Positions 18,390 to 28,200 of a DNA stretch of 64,000 nucleotides are shown here, in pieces. Location: IMG/VR virus record IMGVR_UViG_3300048883_000431, positions 32,001-96,000 of that record. One strand, written 5' to 3'. The notes beneath the pieces were generated by a model. It was not told the origin of the DNA. It did no database searches and was given only the letters and a program-made list of their open reading frames with translations. Numbering within the stretch: position 1 is the stretch's first letter; each line of letters begins with the position of its first letter. The stretch comes from a virus. The translations under genes and the position numbers were made by a program.

Positions 18390-19531
18390 TGGCGAACCTG
18401 GCGTGGACCAACGCGGGGATACCCGTATCCTACAAGATCAACGGCGTCAACATCCGCGAGGAGTTCGGGGTTGAGATGTCGTTGCCCAACGCCCTTATGC
18501 CCGGCGTTCGCGGACGGACATCCAATCCCTCCCAGACGCACGGGGAGGTTGACAGCGGGGCCTTCTACGGCACACGCCAGTTCTCGGTGACCGGGCGGAT
18601 CATCGCCACAACCCACGCGTTGTTCACGTCCCAGATGGACGAGTTCACCGCGTGGCTTCGACTGGAGGACAACCTCCAGCAGTTCTCGCTTCGGGGGCGC
18701 ACCCTATCGGGTATGCGACTGGAGATCGCGGGTCACGGGCTGGCGGAGCCCAGGACCCTCATCGTCACCTACAGTGGCAATGCCACGATCAGCCCGATCT
18801 CCACCGCCCACTTCAAGGGGCGTGCGTACGACTTCGGGTTGGGGCTGAAGGCGTCCTACCCGTTCTGGCTCACCCAGGAGGAGACGGACGCCCACAGGGA
18901 CACGAGCGCTCACCAGTGGATACGGGTACCGAAGGACACGTCGGGGGCCTTGGGCACGTCCCAAACATACCCCGAATACACACTCGACGGGCCGGTAAGC
19001 GGAGCGAATGTCACCATCGCGCACGGGCGATTCGGACTGAGCGTTCGGTTCAACGACCTGTCGCTGGCGGAGTCGGGTAACGGACTGGCGTTCACCGCGA
19101 CCAACATCTACGGTGACTCGACAGTGGGGACGTTCCAGAACCAAGTGGAGCTCACCGCTGTTGCGTCGACGGAGGGCGAGGGCTCGGGGGAGAGCGTGGG
19201 GCTGCACGGGTCGGCAAGCGGCGGGTCCGGCTCACTCATCAAGCTCCCCATCCGAAACGCGCAGTCACTGGCCGTGAACCCGAATGACTCGCAGGACGCG
19301 GACTACTTCAACGGCGCAGTCGGAACCTTCGGGTGCTTCTTCAAGCCTAACTTCGACATCATAGCGGGCGTGCAGGACAGCGAGAAGCGTAACGTCCTCC
19401 TAAACCTGGGTGCGGCCACGGCGGCGAACAACATGCAGATACGGTTCGCGGATTCGTCGGACAAGCGTGTTGTGGAGCTAAGGACGGTTAACGGCGCGGG
19501 GACGGTCCTGAGCAAGACGAATAACTCGTAA
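18389..19531 (+). CDS. distal tail (Dit-like) protein, N-terminal part, ending within a LamG-like domain
   Basis: First large gene after the TMP; YGTRQFSVTG, LKASYPFW, GTSQTYPEYTLDG Dit pattern; ends GTFGCFFKPNF...VELRTVNG. Confidence 0.7.
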   Translation: MANLAWTNAGIPVSYKINGVNIREEFGVEMSLPNALMPGVRGRTSNPSQTHGEVDSGAFYGTRQFSVTGRIIATTHALFTSQMDEFTAWLRLEDNLQQFSLRGRTLSGMRLEIAGHGLAEPRTLIVTYSGNATISPISTAHFKGRAYDFGLGLKASYPFWLTQEETDAHRDTSAHQWIRVPKDTSGALGTSQTYPEYTLDGPVSGANVTIAHGRFGLSVRFNDLSLAESGNGLAFTATNIYGDSTVGTFQNQVELTAVASTEGEGSGESVGLHGSASGGSGSLIKLPIRNAQSLAVNPNDSQDADYFNGAVGTFGCFFKPNFDIIAGVQDSEKRNVLLNLGAATAANNMQIRFADSSDKRVVELRTVNGAGTVLSKTNNS

Positions 19532-19540
19532 GGATTTGCC

Positions 19541-21841
19541 ATGGCCAAGTCAGCTTCCACTTACCAGGGCTTCCAGGTCCCGGCACTTCAGACCGACACC
19601 ATTGGGTTTGACGACGACTTCGCTGCGTTCAAGACCCACCTCGACGCCGCCCTATCCAGCCACGCCTCGAACATCTCGGGGTCTGCGAACGCGGCGGGCG
19701 GGACCTCCTACGCCAGCAACGCGGGCAAGATTCTCTCGGCGTCGGCGAGCTCTCCGAGCCCTCTAGGACGAGTCTTCCCCCTCTCCGCGAGCACCGACTC
19801 GATTCTGATGTTCCAGGAGAACCCTGGCGGCAACACTGCGGGTAACGACAAGTGGGTCATTGGGTACGACGACTCCAGCGGCTTCTTCGCCATCCACGAC
19901 GCAGCGACTATACCGACGACCATCCGCGACGCGCGGGTGAGCATATCTGCTAACGCGATGTACGTGACGACCAACGACTCGGGCGCGACGGTCAACTCGA
20001 ACTACGACGATCTCGTCGTGGAGGTCGCCGCCACCGGGGGGATCACCATACTCGGCCCGGACGCGACCGAGTTGGGGCTTGTGTTCGGAAACGTCACGCA
20101 GCCAATCAACGCTGCCATCACGATGCAGTCTAACGACAAGCTACGGATGTTCACGTCAGTAGACGACGGCGAGATTAAGTTCGCCACCGACGTGGACTCG
20201 CTGGCCATGACCATCGACAAGAACCAGCATGTCGTCGTCCACAGCGGGTCGCTCACGGTCATTAGGAGCGGTATCCAGTCGGGATCGGACGTCAATATTG
20301 GCGCGGACGACTTGGTTATCGACGCCTCCAACAGTGCCGGGATGTCGATACTTACGAAGGCGAACTTCAGCGCCAGCGTATTCCTCGGGGCCAACGGCTC
20401 GGCTAATGACGCGGCGCGCATACAGTGGGCGGACGACGTGGACCTCTTCCACATAGGCACGAACTACGCTGGCGCTGAGGTCCGACTACGAACGGACACC
20501 AACACCCTCGCTTTGACCCTTGGGTCGGACCAGTCCGCCACGTTCGTAGGGGACGTCGTTGCGGAATCCAACCTTGACGTCGAAGGGTATGCGGCCATCG
20601 GGGACGGGTCCTCCCTCGACGCGGACTGGACCCTGACCGTCGACCGCGACTTCTCGTCCACCACAAACCCCCGTATGCTCAACATCCGTGGGATTATGAC
20701 GGTGACGGCCGGGACAAGCAACCTCTACGGTCTGTTCGCTGACACGTCCATGGTTATCAACTCCGCGTCGGCGGAGGTCCACCCCGAGGTCGCGCAGTTC
20801 TACATCTCGGACCCCGACATCTCCCTGGGGGGCACGTCGCCGGGAACCCTTACCCTGGCCGCAACCCTCCTCGTTGACGGTAAGCCCACCGAGGGTACGA
20901 AGAACGCAGGGATTTGGGTGCAGTCGGGAAGCTCCACTGCCACGCCCGACACCGGGGCCAACACCCTCGTCATCGAGGGGTCCGATCCCGACGGGACGGG
21001 GGCTAGCATACTCTCAGCCAACGGTAAGGAGTCGCGACTGTACTTCGGCTCCCCCGCTGACGGGAATGGGGCTCGAATTACCTGGGGGTATAACGCTGGG
21101 TTGCTATCCATCGCGAGCTATGTGAGCGGGGCCAATGTCGAACTCTTCAGTGGTACAGGGACGGCGGGCATAACGATTGCGGGCAACAGCGGCGACGTGA
21201 CCGTAGACGGCACGACCACCTCGACCGGCGACATTATCGCTGGCGGGGACATCGGGCTTTCCGGCGATCAGGACCTGATCTCCTTGGCGGCGAACCTGGT
21301 GACCGTCAACGGCGCGCTCACGACGACCGGCGTCATCACGACGGCGGACGACCTGATCGTCGATGGAACCAACATCGGGATCACCACAGACCTCGACCTA
21401 ATCACACTCGCGCTGAACTTGCTCACCGTGACGGGTGCCCTGACCGTCTCCCTCGACCTCATCGTGGAGGGGGGCGACATCGGGATCGCCGCCGACACCG
21501 ATCTCCTTGCTCTGGCGGCCAACGCGTTCACGATCAACGGTGCCGTCACCCAGGTCGGCGCGTTCCTCACCTCCCTGGCAGGCGATCTCCTCGTCGACGG
21601 TGGCGACATCGGCATCACGGGGGATACCGACCTCATGCAGCTCTCCAGCGCGGCGCTAACCGTGAACGGCAGCCTAAGCGCCACATCGTTCGTATCGACG
21701 CCCCTCATCTCCCTCACGGGTTCCACCGGGGACTACCTCCAGTTTGACGCGGAAGGCACGGCCCCCAACACCGCCGCCGGAAGCGTTAAGGTGGATGTTG
21801 GCGGGGCGGTTCGGTATCTCATCACATACTCTTCGCTGTAA
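19541..21841 (+). CDS. tail fibre / receptor-binding protein with internal repeats
   Basis: Gly/Ser/Thr/Asp-rich beta repeats: three DDLV(V/I)-G-SIL-FG units and four GGDIG-D-DL-L-TVNG units. Confidence 0.7.
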   Translation: MAKSASTYQGFQVPALQTDTIGFDDDFAAFKTHLDAALSSHASNISGSANAAGGTSYASNAGKILSASASSPSPLGRVFPLSASTDSILMFQENPGGNTAGNDKWVIGYDDSSGFFAIHDAATIPTTIRDARVSISANAMYVTTNDSGATVNSNYDDLVVEVAATGGITILGPDATELGLVFGNVTQPINAAITMQSNDKLRMFTSVDDGEIKFATDVDSLAMTIDKNQHVVVHSGSLTVIRSGIQSGSDVNIGADDLVIDASNSAGMSILTKANFSASVFLGANGSANDAARIQWADDVDLFHIGTNYAGAEVRLRTDTNTLALTLGSDQSATFVGDVVAESNLDVEGYAAIGDGSSLDADWTLTVDRDFSSTTNPRMLNIRGIMTVTAGTSNLYGLFADTSMVINSASAEVHPEVAQFYISDPDISLGGTSPGTLTLAATLLVDGKPTEGTKNAGIWVQSGSSTATPDTGANTLVIEGSDPDGTGASILSANGKESRLYFGSPADGNGARITWGYNAGLLSIASYVSGANVELFSGTGTAGITIAGNSGDVTVDGTTTSTGDIIAGGDIGLSGDQDLISLAANLVTVNGALTTTGVITTADDLIVDGTNIGITTDLDLITLALNLLTVTGALTVSLDLIVEGGDIGIAADTDLLALAANAFTINGAVTQVGAFLTSLAGDLLVDGGDIGITGDTDLMQLSSAALTVNGSLSATSFVSTPLISLTGSTGDYLQFDAEGTAPNTAAGSVKVDVGGAVRYLITYSSL

Positions 21842-21851
21842 GGATTTACGC

Positions 21852-22181
21852 ATGGCAAAGTTCCTATCGGGATACGCCTTCACGGTAAAGGCTACCCTCG
21901 GACCTGACGGGGACACCCGTGTGGTGAGGGTTCGGGCGAGCTACACCCTGGCCGACACCGAGGACGAGCGTCTCAGTACCAAGCGCGACCTCGACCTTGT
22001 ACTGTCCACCGATCCTAGATCGGCGGACGTGGGCGAGAAGGGCCTCGACATCGAGCCCCCGGATGCGGCGATTGAACGGGGCATCGTGTCCGCCATTGAG
22101 AGGTCCATACGTAGGGCGTCCAAGGGGATGGAGTCCCTGCCAATACTTGACGACGAGAAGGAGCCTGTGGCGAGGGGATGA
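21852..22181 (+). CDS. small fibre-associated hypothetical protein
   Basis: AAGGA RBS; starts MAKFLSGYAF; follows the fibre gene. Confidence 0.55.
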   Translation: MAKFLSGYAFTVKATLGPDGDTRVVRVRASYTLADTEDERLSTKRDLDLVLSTDPRSADVGEKGLDIEPPDAAIERGIVSAIERSIRRASKGMESLPILDDEKEPVARG

Positions 22182-22238
22182 GTTGCCGAACGACGTTCCC
22201 CCGAGGTATAGTTCTGCCACACACCACAGGAGCTCCGA

Positions 22239-22649
22239 ATGAAACCCCTCACGATTCCGCTGTCGCGCCTGATCTTTGGTGAGGGGGATGGCCAAGTCGT
22301 ACAGCAGAACGACGCGGTCATAGCCCTTCGCTTCGCGCAGCTTTTCGACTACCTCAAGCACAGTATGGCGGAGAAGCGCGCCGCAATCGAGCTTCGGGAC
22401 GAGGCCACCCGTGCTGTCGACGGGGAGCTGGACACCCTGGAGCTCTCCAAAGACGCGGTCAGACTACTGAGTAAGATCTGCGAGTCCCCGATGGACCATC
22501 TCAAGGAGAAGACGGCGGTCGGCGCGGAAGGAATCGACGTCAAGGAGGGATTCCTCAACACCGACACCGCCCAATCCGCTATACTCAGTCTGGAACCAGC
22601 CTGCAAGGCCGCGCTGGGGGAAGAGGTAGCTACCACGGAGGCTGAGTAA
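22239..22649 (+). CDS. hypothetical protein, possible fibre chaperone
   Basis: AGGAG RBS; helical acidic 136 aa; possible promoter TTGCCG-18-TATAGT at 22183-22212. Confidence 0.55.
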   Translation: MKPLTIPLSRLIFGEGDGQVVQQNDAVIALRFAQLFDYLKHSMAEKRAAIELRDEATRAVDGELDTLELSKDAVRLLSKICESPMDHLKEKTAVGAEGIDVKEGFLNTDTAQSAILSLEPACKAALGEEVATTEAE

Positions 22650-22651
22650 CC

Positions 22652-25267
22652 ATGTCGGAGATCTACGTCCAGGAGGGCGTCTGGCACCACCTCGCCGTGG
22701 TGTGGGACGATAACGCGAACACCTCTGCCATCTACATCGACGGTGTGGAGGTGTTCGCGGGGACTGCCACCAGCGGAAACTTGCCCACGGTGTCCTCCCT
22801 CCAGAACGTGATGGGGATTGGCGGGCTCGTTGGGGGCTACGGCGCAACCTCCGTTCAGGAGCTCTCCGGCGGGGACAGCATCGAATCCGACATCGACGGC
22901 CCCACGATATGGGGCAAGGCCCTCACCGCCACCGAGATTCTTCGACTGTTCACGGCGTCTGGCAGTCCCGTCGTTGCCGATGGGTCCGCACAGATCGCGG
23001 CCAAGGGGTCCAGCTTCCGCGTAGCGCCCTCCCATATCCTTGCCCACGTTCCTTTTGACGACGACGAGTCGCTATCGCTTACGTCCAGCCTGGTGGCCTC
23101 CACGCAGCTCATTAAGTACCTCGGCACAGGGTTCGGCGGACGTTACAACATCGGAACGTCCTCGGGGGCCGGCGCGACAAACGTCTACCTCGATCTCCTA
23201 AGCTCCCTCGCGAACACGGACACGAACGAGACCGACCAGCCCATCTTTTGGACCGACCACTTCCGCACCACAAGCCCGCAGAACCTGTATAGGTTGTACA
23301 ACCGTGCGACGAGCGGGGCGATGGACTCGGAGATAGTAAGCGCGGCCTCCTGGGCAGAAGGCTCTCACCTACTCACCGTGTCCGACGATCTAAACGCTAC
23401 GTACGACAAGGATGTCGGGCAGCTACAGCGCAACCTCATTGCCGACGGCGACTTCGAGATTCCGGGCGGGTTTGGGTCAAGCTCCTACTGGGCTGATGTT
23501 GGAGGAGCAACGACCAGCAGGCAGACCGGGGCACTCGTCTCGCAGGGACAGGCCTCCGCGAAGATAGTCAGCGCCGGATCGGCCGAAGGAACCTCCCAGG
23601 ATTTGAGGGGTGGGTACGCCTCGACTTCGGGGAGTACCTACAACTCAACGGACTGGGTGGCCTTCTTCGACTTCTACCCAACTATGGCGGTCAGTGGCTC
23701 CGGAGCCATCAGCTTCTTGGAAACCTCGTCGACCACGAGCACGACCGGTCTCTACTATGTAGCATTCGACCAGAAGACCGAGTGGGGCGATGCGATTGCG
23801 CAGGACTCGTGGAACCAGATGGTGTATGTCCACACCGGAAACGCTTACGACGCCGAGAACTACTTCCACCTCATAAACCCCGCGTCCGGGACCGCCTACT
23901 ATGACAACGCGCAGCTTCTGATGAGTGAGATTGTCGAGGGGAACTTCCACCTCGGGACTAACGGGAGCTGGAGTGCGTCAGGAACGGCCGCCGCACACTG
24001 GAGCATTCTTGCGGCGGGGGGGTTCGGGGTGTTCGCCGAGAGGTCCCACGTCGGGGCCAGATACGGGACTGTTGCGCTACCGGTGGAGGCCACCACAGAT
24101 ATAACGCAGACGTTCAGCCTGGCGTCGAGGGGCAGTAGGCGGTTCCTTGCGACCGTGTACGCCAAGCTCATAGACGGCGACGCCGTCACTGCCACGCTGG
24201 CGGTGAAGGACGACGGTGGGACCACCCTCGCAACCGTCTCCGAGTCCCTTACCACCGTCGCGGCCACTGGGGACTACACCAAGCTCTCGGTCCTGTTCGC
24301 CGCAGACACTGACGCTGGCTCTAACCACGACATGGTGGTGACCATCACGGGGGATGCCGGTGACGTGGTGTACCTCGCCACCGCCTACGTCATCGAGATG
24401 ACCGCGATCCCCGGCGAGGTCCGTGTGATGCCCGAGGAGCACGCCATCGTCCCCACGAAGGATCGCGCGGGCGCGCAGTTCGTGCCGGGCAACCAGGGAC
24501 TTTCGTTCAGCACGACGTACCTCAACCCGAACGAAGCCGGGTTCCTCGTCCGATTCCGACCTCAGTTCTCCAGCGATCTGAACGAGGCGACGCCGCGCGC
24601 ACTGTTCGACTGGAAGGTCGACGCCAATAACGCGGTGAGTCTTTCCTACATATCGGGGGTATGGGAGTCCACCTGGGAACAGGGCGGCACGGACAGGGAC
24701 GTGACCCCGGCCACCGTCACTGCGTTCGGGCACGACGACCTCATGGAGCTTTCCGGGTGGTTCGATACCGAGGGTCGGAGTATCGACGGTACGACCTACT
24801 ACGGGAAACTGTTCCTAAACGGTGAGGAGATAGGGAGCACCACCACCGCGTGCCCTGCTATGAGCGCCTCCCTGGCCACCGCGTACGTGGGGTCCGACAG
24901 CAGCGCGAACTCCGCCGCGAGCGTCATAGACGAAATCTATCTGATGACACAGGCCCCGACCGACCTGGAGTGCAAGGGGTTCTACGTCCAGGGCGACGCA
25001 CTACACAACGATAATCGGGACTTCTCGTGGATCGCGACCACCAACGCGGGGGACCACATCCGTCTCGACACCTTCACGCAGACGTTCGAGGTCTACAATA
25101 CGCCGGACATCCCCGAAGGCGCGGGGGACTTGGCCACGAGGAGCGCGCTCACCGCCGCGACCGGGGTTCCGCCGTCGGTCAAGCCGTACGGCTCCCGAAA
25201 GGGTTGGGTGGTTGTGGACAAGAACGTGAAGGAACTTAGGATCACCTACCGCAAAGAGTTCATATAA
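22652..25267 (+). CDS. LamG/carbohydrate-binding tail protein; apparent C-terminal part of Dit
   Basis: Begins with the second half of a LamG domain (WHHLAVVWD, IYIDG); NLIADGDFE CBM-like; second LamG; ends HIRLDT...LRITYRKEFI like Dit C-termini. Confidence 0.7.
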   Translation: MSEIYVQEGVWHHLAVVWDDNANTSAIYIDGVEVFAGTATSGNLPTVSSLQNVMGIGGLVGGYGATSVQELSGGDSIESDIDGPTIWGKALTATEILRLFTASGSPVVADGSAQIAAKGSSFRVAPSHILAHVPFDDDESLSLTSSLVASTQLIKYLGTGFGGRYNIGTSSGAGATNVYLDLLSSLANTDTNETDQPIFWTDHFRTTSPQNLYRLYNRATSGAMDSEIVSAASWAEGSHLLTVSDDLNATYDKDVGQLQRNLIADGDFEIPGGFGSSSYWADVGGATTSRQTGALVSQGQASAKIVSAGSAEGTSQDLRGGYASTSGSTYNSTDWVAFFDFYPTMAVSGSGAISFLETSSTTSTTGLYYVAFDQKTEWGDAIAQDSWNQMVYVHTGNAYDAENYFHLINPASGTAYYDNAQLLMSEIVEGNFHLGTNGSWSASGTAAAHWSILAAGGFGVFAERSHVGARYGTVALPVEATTDITQTFSLASRGSRRFLATVYAKLIDGDAVTATLAVKDDGGTTLATVSESLTTVAATGDYTKLSVLFAADTDAGSNHDMVVTITGDAGDVVYLATAYVIEMTAIPGEVRVMPEEHAIVPTKDRAGAQFVPGNQGLSFSTTYLNPNEAGFLVRFRPQFSSDLNEATPRALFDWKVDANNAVSLSYISGVWESTWEQGGTDRDVTPATVTAFGHDDLMELSGWFDTEGRSIDGTTYYGKLFLNGEEIGSTTTACPAMSASLATAYVGSDSSANSAASVIDEIYLMTQAPTDLECKGFYVQGDALHNDNRDFSWIATTNAGDHIRLDTFTQTFEVYNTPDIPEGAGDLATRSALTAATGVPPSVKPYGSRKGWVVVDKNVKELRITYRKEFI

Positions 25268-28200
25268 ATGCCATCTGAGCGGTTTTTCCTACAGGTATGG
25301 GACAAGGACGCGAAGCTCGTCACCCACTGGCTCCCCTACGCCCACGACATTGTGGAGGAGGAGGAGCTCAACGTCGAGCACACGCTCAAGTTCAAGCTCC
25401 CCATGTCGGACTCGCGGTCGGCTGACGTCGGGTTCCGTAATATCGTGCGGCTCATCGACGCGGAGAAGGGGTTCTTCGCTACGTCGTGCTCCGGTGTGGA
25501 CGAGGGAGCCAAGACGATAGACGTTCCTGACGCAAGTCGCCTATCCGTGGACGACTACGTCCTCATCTACGACTCCCCGACCACGCCAACCAAGTCGTTC
25601 GTCGCCAAGATACTCGCCGTGGACGGAACAACGCTGACGCTGTCACGGATGGACTTCGTGCCCACCGCAGGGACAGAGTCTGGCGGACGCACCTACGCGG
25701 AGATTGAGGGGGACGCCTACGTCGACTGGGTGGGGCGCGGGTACATCGACCTCCTCGGCGACTCGGGCGTCGCGAGTACCGGGTCGCCGGTAATGAAGTG
25801 GACGGGTAAGACGTTCCGCGTATGGGACGTCCGAGACAGTCGCGGGGCGGACGGAGCCCCCGTCCGGGATGTCACGTGCAACCACATAAGCTACGACCTC
25901 AACGACACACGGTTCCTAATAGACAGTCGAACGGACATCACGTTTGGACTGGCATCCACACAGTCGGTTACCAGCAAGCTCATCACCCCGGAGAGGATAG
26001 TGGACGAGGTCGTCAAGACCCAGAGAACCGCGGCAACCGATTTCTCCAATGGGTGGATCAAGGGCGACATCAGTGCACAACTGACGAAGCGTACGGAGAC
26101 CACCTACTCCGCGTCCGTGGCGATAAGCACGGCATCGAGGACGGTGACGGGAACCGGAACCTCCTTCCTATCGGGGGTACGGCAGGGGAGCCGACTCTAC
26201 ACGATCAACCTCGGGACCCTCAACGCCATTGTCGACTACGTGGTTTCCGACACGGAGCTACTACTCAAGTCCCTCCCACGGTTCACCACGACATCCGCAG
26301 TTATACAGACCGACCCCGACGTCCGCACCTTCGAGTTCGACACCAACGGGAGCCTTCGATCCGCCATCGTCAAGATAGCGGAGGTCTGGCGTGACGACAA
26401 ACAGGACGTCCACCTGACCTACGGCGAGGACAAGTCGATCAACGTGGCGAAGGTGGATAACCCGAACGCATCCGATCCCACCGGGGACATGGAGATACGT
26501 CTCGGGAAGAACCTCCAGTCGTCCTCGCGGAAGCAAGACGTAGCGGGGTTCGGGAACACCGTGTACGCGACGGGCGGGACAAGCGGGTGGGTGGGAGCGC
26601 AAACGGGACAGCACTTTACCATAGGGGGTAATCCGGCCACGCTTCCGTTCCACCGTAACACCCGTGACAAGTTCCGTCTAGACACCCCGACCGAGATACG
26701 TCAGCTACGGTGGGGCGACCCCGTCACGATCATGCACCAGCCCATGAACGTGAACGTGAGCGGGTGGACTGACGACAACGAGATTTTGATTAACTTCCGC
26801 GGGGCAATCCCCACCATATCCAGCGCTCTAGGCGATACGTTCGGCCACCTCGACTCCGACACAACCTACTACTTCCGAGTGGCTCCGGTGGACGCGGACG
26901 GTAAGGAGGGGCCTGCCTCACTGGAGGCCACGGAAACACTGGCCCCTGGGGAGCACTCCGTCATGGTGTCCTACTCGGGGGGCGGGTCTACCTACAGGGT
27001 CTACTTCTCAACCACATCCGGGGAGTACACGGAATACATCACCGACACGGCCTCCCCCTTCCAGCTTACGACCGAGGGAGGGGCCAAGAAGGGCTCCCCC
27101 AAGGACTTCGACGCGACGAGCTACACAAACGGCATGATACTCGTCCGTGACTACGACAGCTCCGGTGCGGGCTCGGTCGTCGACGTGGACATCGGAGCGG
27201 GACAGCTACGGACCATCGAGTCCATGACCAAGGTGGGCCACGTGTCGAACACGGACGAGTCCTCTCTCTACTACCGCGTCAAGACTACCAGCCCTTGGGC
27301 AGTCCTTCCGTCAACCCACTACGATGTCGTCTTGTGCAAGGGCCCCGACGCGTTTATGACTCCCATAACCGGGTTCGGGGTGTTCCAGAAGCGTCTGCCG
27401 TCCGACGGAAGCTACTCCAGCCAGGAGCCCCATGCCACCATCGAGACTGGGTCGGGGGGCCGCCGGTTCAACGCGCGGCTCGGGGACCCGGGGGTGGGGT
27501 ACCAGTCAAGCACCCACGCTTCGGGCTTTGACACGTTCAAGGACCACTACACGGGCGGGGTCATCCAGCTTAGGGACAGTAGGGGGACGTCCGCTACGAC
27601 TAGTTCCCTGGCGGACGATACCCAGCTTGACGGGCAGCAGCGAGTGATACTGTCCAGCGGGCGTGGGAGTCAGAACGAGTCCCACGCGTCGCAGACGGAC
27701 ATGATCGTTAAGTTCAAGAGCCCCGGAACCCTCAACAACCTCCTCCCCCACTACGAGATGACGGGTCCATCGCAGCTTGTGCACGAATACGACGACGGGG
27801 ACTACGACATCACCACGGAAATCGTTACCACCCCAGTCAACGGACTGAGGGTCACGGTGGTCGGGGCGGAGCGCACACGTACGAACACGGTGACCTACAC
27901 CAACTCGGCGTCACAGAAGTACGGGCAGGATCGCGGCGGGGAACTCGACTTCCTTGAGATTTCCGTGGGGGACGAAGTCTACGCGGAGTACGGCGGGGAG
28001 TGGCTGATCGGGAACGTGGGGATGGTCGACGTGGCCAACAAGCGTGTCTGGCTCGACGGCGGGTTTATCAACGGGATGTACACCGGAGGGTCACTCGACG
28101 AGCACACCCCGTCGACGAACGCCCCCATGATTATCCGCAAGCCTCGGCCCAACTTCAACCACGAGTCCGGCATTGGAAACATGTTCCATCCGGTCCTTCA

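Noticed and set aside
19532-22651. Group I/II intron or intein splitting the Dit gene
   Set aside because: Insert is filled with fibre-type ORFs; no RT/maturase, homing endonuclease, intron core or intein terminal motifs recognised
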